This document shows positions 35,222 to 43,989 of a DNA stretch of 43,989 bases, in pieces. Both the position numbers and the translations under genes were made by a program. Source of the stretch: Octopus bimaculoides (taxonomy: Eukaryota); the NCBI RefSeq assembly GCF_001194135.2, contig NC_069003.1, positions 12,413,766 through 12,457,754 of the forward strand. Direction: 5' to 3'. Numbering within the stretch: position 1 is the stretch's first letter; every line of letters starts with the position of its first letter. A model generated the notes under the pieces. The model saw only the letters and a program-made list of their open reading frames with translations, did not search any database and had not been told where the DNA came from.

Positions 35222-35566
35222 CAGTGCTTCTCAAACTGTCTGATATGGCATACTCGCAGTTTTTTTTCCAATGTGCCAGGAATTGGTAATATTTCTTAGT
35301 AATATTAATTTATACCAGAAACAATATATATCTAATGAATATAATAAAAGTTGACAATTTTTTGATCTTATATTTATTTTGTAAACAAATATAGGCGTAG
35401 GAGTGGCTGTGTGGAAAGTAGCTTCCTTACGAACCACATGGTCCCGGGTTCAGTCCCACTGCGTGGCACCTTGGGCAAGTGTCTTCTACTATAGCCTTGG
35501 GCCGACCAAAGCCTTGTGAGTGGATTTGGTAAACGGAAACTGAAAGAAGCCTGTCGTATATATGCC

Positions 35567-35599
<33 letters not shown>

Positions 35600-35932
35600 A
35601 TATGTTTGTGGGTCTGTGTTTGTCCCCCCAACATTGCTTGACAACCGATGCTGGTGTGTTTACGTCCCCGTAACTTAGCGGTTCGGCAAAAGAGACTGAT
35701 AGAATAAATACTAGGCTTACAAAGAATAAGTTCTGGGGTTGATTTGGTTGACTAAAGGCGGTGCTCCAGCATGGCCACAGTCAAATGACTGAAACAAGTA
35801 AAAGAATAAATAATACAATATTACATAAGCTTTCTATAATGTTTTTTTCTTTTCTGGAAACTCGCCGCATACTGGCAGCTGATGGCTCGCAGACTGGCAC
35901 TGGTCCACGGACCACCACTTTGAGTAGCACTG
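35222..35932. mobile_element. hAT-Charlie-type MITE hosting a SINE-A insertion
   Basis: Left end CAGTGCTTCTCAAACTG versus reverse complement of right end CAGTGCTACTCAAAGTG; degenerate 8-bp flanks ATTTAGGG / GTCAAGGG. Confidence 0.75.
35394..35810 (+). mobile_element. SINE family A, full length (reference copy)
   Basis: tRNA-like head, internal (TA)/(TG) tract, 3' domain and CAGTCAAATGACTGAAACAAGTAAAAGAATA tail. Confidence 0.92.
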
Positions 35933-36224
35933 GTCAAGGGCATTGTCGAACAAGATTGTTGGTGCTGTTATTGTTTAACCCCAGGTCATTCCTAATTGAG
36001 CAGACCAAGGATCAGAAGTGTTGCAGTCATGAACATCTTATCTTTCTTTGAAACAAAGTTCCTATAAGACTTTCTTTCTAATCTAATCTCTCTGTGTCTC
36101 TGTCTCTCTCTCATTTCTTTTTAAAAAAACAGGGTGTGATTTGAGGAAAATTAAACTGCTATTTCTAGCATATCATTTAGCCACACAATGCTCCCTTGTA
36201 ATTCAAGGTAGAAAACTGTTTTAA

Positions 36225-36450
36225 TATTTATCTTTTAACTTTTCAGTCATTTGTCTGTGACTGCCATGCTGGGGTGCCACCTTGAAGGGTTTTAGTTGAA
36301 TGGCCCCCAGGACTTTTTTTTTTTTCAAATCTAGTACTTATTCTATCAGTCCCTTTTGCTGAACCACTATGTTACAGTGAAACGCATCAACACCAGTTGT
36401 CAAGCAATGGTAGAGGACAAACACAGTTACAAAGATACATACACATAGAT
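36225..36450 (-). mobile_element. SINE family A, diverged 3' half
   Basis: TTTCAGTCATT..GCCATGCTGG..TAGTACTTATTCTATC..GGACAAACAC. Confidence 0.7.
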
Positions 36451-36453
36451 ATA

Positions 36454-36597
36454 TATGAGGGGGTACTGAAATGTTCCTGACTTTGGATAAAAGAAAAACA
36501 GGAGGATCAATTAATTATGATTTTATTCAACGTATTCCCCTCTCAGATTCACACACTTATTGCAGCAGACCTTCAGTTTTTCTAAGCCTTGTAAAAG
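36454..36597 (-). mobile_element. Mariner-derived MITE, truncated
   Basis: TATGAGGGGGTACTGAAA terminus; interior matches 40342-40565. Confidence 0.8.
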
Positions 36598-36654
36598 GTG
36601 GATGAATGCTGCAAGAATAGTTCAAGTGAACATGTTTACTCAAAGCATGCACCT

Positions 36655-36822
36655 TTTGTCTGTCCTTACGTTCCGAGTTCAAATTCCGCTGAGGTCGACT
36701 TGCCTTTCATCCTTTCGGGGTCGATAAATTAAGTACCAGTTATGTACTGGGGTCAATCTAATCGACTGTACCCCCTCCCCACAAAAATTTCAGGCCTTGT
36801 GTCTAAAATAGAAAGGATTATT
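36655..36822 (+). mobile_element. SINE family B, 5'-truncated
   Basis: GAGTTCAAATTCCGCTGAGGTCGAC..TTTCAGGCCTTGTG..AGAAAGGATTATT. Confidence 0.85.
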
Positions 36823-36849
36823 TTTGTTGTTGCTGTTGTTGTTGTTGTT

Positions 36850-37220
36850 TAAGATGTCTCACAGCATCTAATATTGTGATGTTGTAGATTGAAGATATTG
36901 CATGTTGGAGGGGGGGGGGGGGTTATACAGTCTGTCAAGTCACAAGAAGGACCTCAGATAGACACCACTTTATGCAATATGCATGCAGTCCCCAGTAAAA
37001 CCGATTTTTGTAGTGCACCAAGATTGTAGGGTATTTCTAATGTGTCCAGATGTTTGTTCAGGTTGGGTGGTATTGAACTCAATGCCCCAGTGACAACAGG
37101 AATGACTCTCTCAGCTGCCACATCTTGGTGATCTCAATTCTCAGGTCTCCATATTTATCAGTCTTTTCTCTTTCTTTCACGATAATATGTTCATCTGTTG
37201 ATAATATGTTGATCTGTTCT
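36850..37220 (-). mobile_element. R4/Dong-type RLE retrotransposon 3' end (D7)
   Basis: KEREKTDKYGDLRIEITKMWQL..VIPVVTGAL..LQKSVLLGTACILHKVVSI* (stop at 36954-36956); (AAC/AAT)n flanks. Confidence 0.85.
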
Positions 37221-37986
37221 TCTTATCATTATTGTTGTTGTTTTTATCGTTATTTTCATTCTATCGCCAATAAACATCATTGTTCCACCCCCTTCTCACC
37301 CCTGCCCCCCTCGACCCCCCAATGTCACTAGCCCGCCTCCCATCCNNNNNNNNNNNNNNNNNNNNNNNNNNNNNNNNNNNNNNNNNNNNNNNNNNNNNNN
37401 NNNNNNNNNNNNNNNNNNNNNNNNNNNNNNNNNNNNNNNNNNNNNNNNNNNNNNNNNNNNNNNNNNNNNNNNNNNNNNNNNNNNNNNNNNNNNNNNNNNN
37501 NNNNNNNNNNNNNNNNNNNNNNNNNNNNNNNNNNNNNNNNNNNNNNNNNNNNNNNNNNNNNNNNNNNNNNNNNNNNNNNNNNNNNNNNNNNNNNNNNNNG
37601 GGGGGTTAGCCGTTGCCAAAGTTGGCAAGAGTGATGGTGGGGTTGATGGGGTTAGGAGGAGAGAATTCATCGAAAGATAAATTGATAATAATGATAATTA
37701 AGGAAGAGCCAGAGGACACCTTCTGCTTGGAAACCACACAGCCATGGTTGTGTATAAGTTCAGGCATGCCTCTGTGGTTAAGGGGTTCATTTCAGAGCCA
37801 TGTGGTCTTGCGTTCCATCCAGCTGCAAGGCACCGTGCTTGAGTGACGTCCACTATACTGTTAGATTGAATAATGCAATGTAAGTGAAACTGGTAAATGG
37901 AAACTGTGCTGAAGTCCATCATGCTTATGTGTATGTGCGTGTGTGTGTACATGTGTACGTGAGTGTGTGTGCATGTGTATATATAC

Positions 37987-38037
<51 letters not shown>

Positions 38038-38054
38038 CATACATATATATATAT

Positions 38055-38230
38055 AGGCACAAGCGTGACAGTATGGTAAGAAGCTTGCTTCCCAACCACA
38101 TGGTTCCGGGTTCAGTCCCACTGCATGACACTGTCTTCTGCTATTGCCTTGGGTTGACCAAAGCCTAGTGAGTGGATTTGGTAGATGGAAACTGAAAGAA
38201 GCCCATCGTATATATANNNNNNNNNNNNNN

Positions 38231-38269
<39 letters not shown>

Positions 38270-38340
38270 GTATGTATATATTTGTGTGTCTATGTTTGTC
38301 CTCCCACCATTGCTTGACAACCGATGTTGGTGTGTTTACA
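38055..38340 (+). mobile_element. SINE family A, truncated in the 3' half (an older degraded 5' half lies at about 37785-37925)
   Basis: GGTAAGAAGCTTGCTTCCCAACCACATGGTTCCGGGTTCAGTCCC. Confidence 0.85.
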
Positions 38341-38544
38341 TCCCCATGTCCAGGGGTTGTGTAAGTGCCTTAAAAGAAAAAGTGGGTATATGAGGCATCA
38401 GATGTGATGTGCAAGAGAGAAGACTGCACTGGTCATGTGATGTATATGGATGAGGACAGCTGTATAAAGAAATGCTGATCTTTAAATTGTGGAGGAAACC
38501 TGTGGAAAATGTAGACCCAGGAAGATGTGGGACAAAGTGGTGAA

Positions 38545-38950
38545 ATATTATCTCTAGTTGTTGAGTCTCATGGAGGTGATGACAAATGACCAAGACTTCT
38601 GGCAATTTGTTTTGCTTGAGAAGACACATCAAGCTTAGTGAAATCATGGTCATGGCCAATGCCAGTGGCACATAAAAAGCACCCATACTGGTGGCACATA
38701 GAAGACACCCATGCTGGTGATGCATAAAAGGCACTTGTGCCATTGACACATAAAGCACATATGTGCCGGTGACATGTAAAAGGCACTCAGTACACTCTGT
38801 AAAGTGGTTAGCATTAAGAAGGGCATCCAGCCATAGAAAGCAAACCAACACAGACTGGGGCCCTTGTGCAGCTTTCCAGTTTACCAGCTCCGGTCAAATT
38901 GTCTAACCCATGCCAGCATGGAAATTGGACATTAAAATGATGATGCGGAT
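38545..38950 (+). mobile_element. SINE-like family C (C2)
   Basis: Repeated GTGGCAC..AAAAGCAC units, then C tail and GATGATG. Confidence 0.75.
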
Positions 38951-38984
38951 GATGTATGCAATTATGAGTTGGGAGCACTGCGTC

Positions 38985-39295
38985 AGTCAGAATGGTGAGT
39001 GTTCCAGTTGATCCAATCAACGGAACAGCCTGCTTGTGAAATTAAGGTGCAAGTGGTTGGGCACTCCACTGGCACATGTGCCCTTAATGTGGTTCTCAGG
39101 GAGATTCAGCATGGCACACTGCATATGACAAGGCTGGCTCTTTGAATTACGGCTCCAACACATTTTTGCTAGCTGACTGGATTGGAGCAATATGAAATAA
39201 AGAGTCTTGCTCAAGGACACAATGTGCTGCTGGGAATCGAACTCACAGCTTTATGATCGTGAGTCAATTACTTTAACCACAAAGCCACATGCCTT
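38985..39295 (-). mobile_element. SINE with family D head and family E-type 3' domain
   Basis: Minus strand GTGGCTTTGTGGTTAAAG..GAGTTCGATTCCC..GTGTCCTTGAGCAAGAC; 39075-39160 matches 7694-7770. Confidence 0.75.
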
Positions 39296-39659
39296 CACAG
39301 AGATTATGAGTGCTGTGTGGTTGAATGGTTAATAAGAAGGGAAGGAGAGAGGGAAAGAGAAAGAGAAAGTGGAGGAAGGAAAGAAAAGAATCTGTTCTCA
39401 AAGCAAGAGATTTGTCCCAAATGTTTGCAAAGAAAGTTGACTCCTTTGTGAAAGGCACCCAAGACGCCAAATGGTAGTGTTTAATAGGATAACAAGTTAA
39501 GTCCACCCTGATCAAGTAGTCCACAGAACCCCAACCACTGAGTTGCAGACCAGTGTCAGACCATGGGTCATTTCCTTCCAGGCTGCACTGAAAGAATGAA
39601 TTTTTTTCCAATTTTATTTCTGTTTTATCAACTATCGCAATCTGTGGAATGTTTTTGCA

Positions 39660-39972
39660 TTACATATGTTTCTGTATTGCTGAGACCCCCTTCGGTCATG
39701 AATGACCATGGGATTGCACCTAGAAAGTTACCCTCCGAGGCACAAGTCCAGGCAAGGTTGTTTATGGAAGACCAGCAGTCGCCCATGCATACCGGCCTCC
39801 CCTCTCCCCGCCACTGATGTTATCCAAGGGAAAGGCAAAGGGGCCGATACATCATGGCACCTGTGACTTCACAACTCATTTCTACAGCTGAGTGAACTGG
39901 AGCAACATGAAATAAAGTGTCTTGCTCAAGAACACAACACGTAGCTCGGTTCGAGATTCAAACTCACAACCT
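39660..39972 (-). mobile_element. SINE family D
   Basis: Minus strand GGTTGTGAGTTTGAATCTC..GTGTTCTTGAGCAAGACACTTTATTTCATGTTGCTCCAG. Confidence 0.7.
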
Positions 39973-40031
39973 TTCTGTATTATATATGTAATATATGTTT
40001 CTGTATTATATATGTAATATATGTATTGTTG

Positions 40032-40300
40032 AGGGCATATGACCAAGTGGTTAGGGTGTTGTACTCATGATCTTGAGTTTGTGGTTTCAATTCTTGGAAC
40101 TGGCAGTGCATTGTGTTCTTCTGCAAAAGACTGCGTCTCGCATTCCTCTGCGGTCACTTTGACACTTGACAAGTGGTGCACCATGCACCTGTACAGGCAA
40201 CGTTGATTTGATGGAGGGAGTGAGCTAATGTTACAGCATAGACATTTAATTATTACAGACAAATCATCTGCACAGACTATTCAGCAAGAAACTGCAGAAC
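40032..40300 (+). mobile_element. Diverged tRNA-headed SINE
   Basis: TGACCAAGTGGTTAGGG (A box) and GGTTTCAATTC (B box), similar to the family E head. Confidence 0.55.
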
Positions 40301-40341
40301 CATCTTTTTCATACTACAAGAGCCCACCATCATCATACATG

Positions 40342-40565
40342 TATGAGGGGGGGAGGGCTGAAAAGTTCCTGGTTTTGGGTAAAAGAAAATACAGGAGGAT
40401 CAGTTAATTATGATTTTATTCAACATATCCCCCTCTCAGATTCACACACTTATTGCAGTAGTTCTTCAGTTTTTCTAATCCCTGTAAAAAAAAACTCAGA
40501 ATATTGGAGCTCCAGCCCCTTTTGTGATACCCTTAAAGCCAGAAACTTTTCAACACCTCCTCATA
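40342..40565 (-). mobile_element. Mariner-derived MITE, complete
   Basis: TA-flanked; both inverted ends present; uninterrupted internal TTAA site. Confidence 0.85.
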
Positions 40566-41132
40566 TTGTATATGAAATAAAGCCTCCTTCTTGACCCTTA
40601 TGGCCTCATAAGGGCTGGCTTCCCATTTGCTGAGGTGTATATACACAATAACCTCCTGGATGGGATGACAGTCCATCACATGTGTAATAATTAGATTAAA
40701 TATTATGAATATTATTGTGTTTTGTTATGCAGATGATTCCCAGTCTGTGGAAAAAATTGTCTTGCATGAAAGCAGGCTATGGTGTAAAAAAATGGTTAGG
40801 GAATGCTGAAGTAAGGCCATTGTTGGATTTGAACTCAGAACATAAAGACTTGGAACAAATAGCACAAAGTGTCCAGTTTGACTTTTGCCAACCTATTATT
40901 CTGGTATTGTCATTTTTTTTTTTATCCCAAAAGAATGAAAGACAAACTTGGGTTTGGTAGGATTTGAACCATATGTTAGAATAAATGCAGTATGCAGCAA
41001 AAAGAAAAAGAAAAGAAAAACGAAAAAGAAATCTCACAGATTCACCAAACTTGATAAACTTTACAACAGCAAACATAGAGAGAGAACTGATACAAGCCAT
41101 GATGGTAACTAAAAGTAAATTGTAAAACATTA

Positions 41133-41312
41133 GGCGTAGGACTGGCTGTGTGGTGAGTAGCTTGCTACCAACCACATAGTTCTGGGTTTAGTCCCACTGT
41201 GTGGCACCTTGGGCAAGTGTCTTCTACTATAGCCTTGGGCTGACCAAAGCCTTGTGAGTGGATTTGGTAGACGGAAATTGAAAGAAGCATGTCGTATATA
41301 TGTATATATATA
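41133..41312 (+). mobile_element. SINE family A, 5' half
   Basis: Close to consensus; ends in (TA)n at a gap. Confidence 0.9.
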
Positions 41313-41858
41313 NNNNNNNNNNNNNNNNNNNNNNNNNNNNNNNNNNNNNNNNNNNNNNNNNNNNNNNNNNNNNNNNNNNNNNNNNNNNNNNNNNNNNNNN
41401 NNNNNNNNNNNNNNNNNNNNNNNNNNNNNNNNNNNNNNNNNNNNNNNNNNNNNNNNNNNNNNNNNNNNNNNNNNNNNNNNNNNNNNNNNNNNNNNNNNNN
41501 NNNNNNNNNNNNNNNNNNNNNNNNNNNNNNNNNNNNNNNNNNNNNNNNNNNNNNNNNNNNNNNNNNNNNNNNNNNNNNNNNNNNNNNNNNNNNNNNNNNN
41601 NNNNNNNNNNNNNNNNNNNNNNNNNNNNNNNNNNNNNNNNNNNNNNNNNNNNNNNNNNNNNNNNNNATAATAACTGCACCATACAACAACATTATCCAAT
41701 CACCCCCACTTGCTGCCTTCTTTTTTTTAAAGATAGTATGATGTAATTTGAGGCAGATTTGGCTGCTGTTTTAAGAAGGTTGAGTGTCTGCATTGAACCA
41801 TCCTTTGTAGATGTCTTTCAGATATATTACTGGTGAAAACGATAGTCCTAGTGTGCAT

Positions 41859-41914
<56 letters not shown>

Positions 41915-42091
41915 GTGTGTATGTGTCTGTGAGGCTGATCTGGTACACACACACTCTTACATACATATATCATACATTCATCATTTACACACACACACAT
42001 ATATGTATGTATATATACACACACACACAACAAACACATATAAAATTAGATGCAAATATGCATACAAAATTTAAGCTCTCAGAGCATAAAT

Positions 42092-42127
<36 letters not shown>

Positions 42128-42669
42128 CATATACATATATATATATACATATATATATNNNNNNNNNNNNNNNNNNNNNNNNNNNNNNNNNNNNNNNNNN
42201 NNNNNNNNNNNNNNNNNNNNNNNNNNNNNNNNNNNNNNNNNNNNNNNNNNNNNNNNNNNNNNNNNNNNNNNNNNNNNNNNNNNNNNNNNNNNNNNNNNNN
42301 NNNNNNNNNNNNNNNNNNNNNNNNNNNNNNNNNNNNNNNNNNNNNNNNNNNNNNNNNNNNNNNNNNNNNNNNNNNNNNNNNNNNNNNNNNNNNNNNNNNN
42401 NNNNNNNNNNNNNNNNNNNNNNNNNNNNNNNNNNNNNNNNNNNNNNNNNNNNNNNNNNNNNNNNNNNNNNNNNNNNNNNNNNNNNNNNNNNNNNNNNNNN
42501 NNNCCTTCCTTCCCTATCGTAGAGTGTTAAAGTCCTACCCATGTATATGTGAGTGTGTAACAAGTATTGCAGGTAAAACACTGCTGATGGTATCGGTGAG
42601 AGGAGGGGTACGTACAGACCAAAATGGAAGGCAGAGGAAGAGTGGGGGGGCACAGGCATGGTTCTGCCA

Positions 42670-42710
<41 letters not shown>

Positions 42711-42934
42711 CAATTTAGGTCACCATGTACTTAAAGAAGTTATTAAAGAAACGACAGGGAAAAACGGTAGAAGCCAGAGAAACTTGTGACATTCTGCATT
42801 GACAAAAATAACAGAAACAATCTGGGTATTGAATATATTTGATGCCATGAGGAAGAAAAGAAATCAGAGGAATTTTGGAATGGCCATCACATACCTTATT
42901 TCATGGGGAAGGAAAAGGGCCAAGATTTGGCTGC

Positions 42935-43566
42935 TCTTGTCATTCTGAGTTCAAATCCTTCCAAGGTTGACTTTGTCTTTCATCCCTTTACGGTCGGTAC
43001 AATAAAGGACCTGTCAAGTACTGAATTTGATGCTATCGACCACTCAAATTCTCCTTTAAATTTCTGGCCCTTTGTTTAAATCAGGAGCCATCATCATCAT
43101 CATCATCATTATCATTATTAAGGCGGTGAACCTGCAGAATTGTTAGCATATTGGGCGAAATGCTTTGCAGTATTTTGTCTGCCACTATGTTCTAAGTTCA
43201 AATTCTGCTGAGGCTGACTTTGCCTTTCATCTTTTATGGGGTCGAAAAATTAAGTACCAGCTACAAACTGGTTGATCTAATCGACTGGCCTCCTCCCCAA
43301 AAAATTTCAGGCCTTGTGTCTATAGCAGAAAGGATTATTATTGTTATTATTAAGGTAGTGACTGACAGAATCGTTAGCACACTGGGCAAAATGCTTAGTG
43401 GTATTTTGTCTGTTTTTGCCTTCTGAGTTCAAATTTCACAAAGGTCAAATTTGCTTTTCATCCATTTGGGGGTTGATAAATAAAATACCAGTGAAACACT
43501 AGGATCGATGTAATTGACAAGTCCCTTCCTTCAAAATTTCAGGACTTGTGCCTTTAGTCGAAATGA
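42935..43566 (+). mobile_element. Three head-to-tail SINE-B copies (42935-43090 partial, 43121-43334, 43352-43566)
   Basis: Each has the B body; separated only by (CAT/ATT)n; followed by (ATT)n at 43566-43618. Confidence 0.88.
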
Positions 43567-43575
43567 TTATTATTG

Positions 43576-43619
<44 letters not shown>

Positions 43620-43989
43620 GAGTGAGAGAGCAGGGCATGCCATCAAAGTGACACTGGGGTAAAATATATGAAGCCCATTATACCCATCATGACTACCCGT
43701 CTGATAAGGGTACACTAGGCACATGCATGACAACCATATGTGCTCGAGATGGTGATCTCGTATCAAGATAAACAGCGCATGACCTTGCAGGTGGGGCCCA
43801 GTTAGAATTTTCTTCAGGTCGAGTAGCCCATCCTGCTCAAAAGGTCCTTGAATAAGGTTTGTTTAAGGATGTTGAGCAAAACACCCATGTTTCCAAGGGT
43901 GAATTATTCAAACCCCAAAGAATTCCTCTCAACACATGGCTATGATGCTCCTCCACTACTTCTGCTCATGATCAGAGATGCACATATCG

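Noticed and set aside
39273-39611. 112-aa minus ORF with an acceptor-like TTCTTTCAG near 39587
   Set aside because: It runs into a CT-rich tract and SINE sequence, only weak donors are available, and no homology is recognised.
42719-42766. Plus-strand 48-nt exon candidate after (CT)n
   Set aside because: The pyrimidine tract is a microsatellite, the donor GTAGAA is weak, and there is no recognisable product.

Overview
This is AT-rich, repeat-saturated eukaryotic DNA from a draft assembly, with 17 N-gaps totalling about 6.5 kb. The SINE and LINE repertoire looks like an octopod cephalopod (Octopus sp.); that is recognition from memory, not a database result. There is no intact protein-coding gene, RNA gene or CRISPR array, and the window reads as a large intron or intergenic tract. 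It contains about 40 copies or fragments of tRNA-headed or related SINEs (labelled A-E here), seven 5'-truncated R4/Dong-type RLE retrotransposon ends sitting in (TAA/CAA)n, an internally deleted Tx1/L1 LINE, and a CR1-like 3' end. DNA transposons are a DD37D maT remnant, five mariner MITEs, piggyBac-type and Charlie-type MITEs, and a hAT (Tip100/ZMYM1-like) element with an unbroken 147-codon C-terminal frame. Nearly all long ORFs in the track are artefacts of gaps, microsatellites or SINEs. The best host-gene signal is a 37-nt minus-strand microexon at 27613-27649. The most interesting patterns are: (i) strand-polarised stacking of Dong elements and SINE-B on AAT microsatellites; (ii) a SINE-B tail matching the 3' end of the adjacent Tx1 LINE; (iii) a GTCGA-loop-TCGAC stem shared by two SINE families; (iv) a near-perfect 76-bp foldback made from a SINE tail. 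None amounts to a demonstrated new biological system; they are testable hypotheses.
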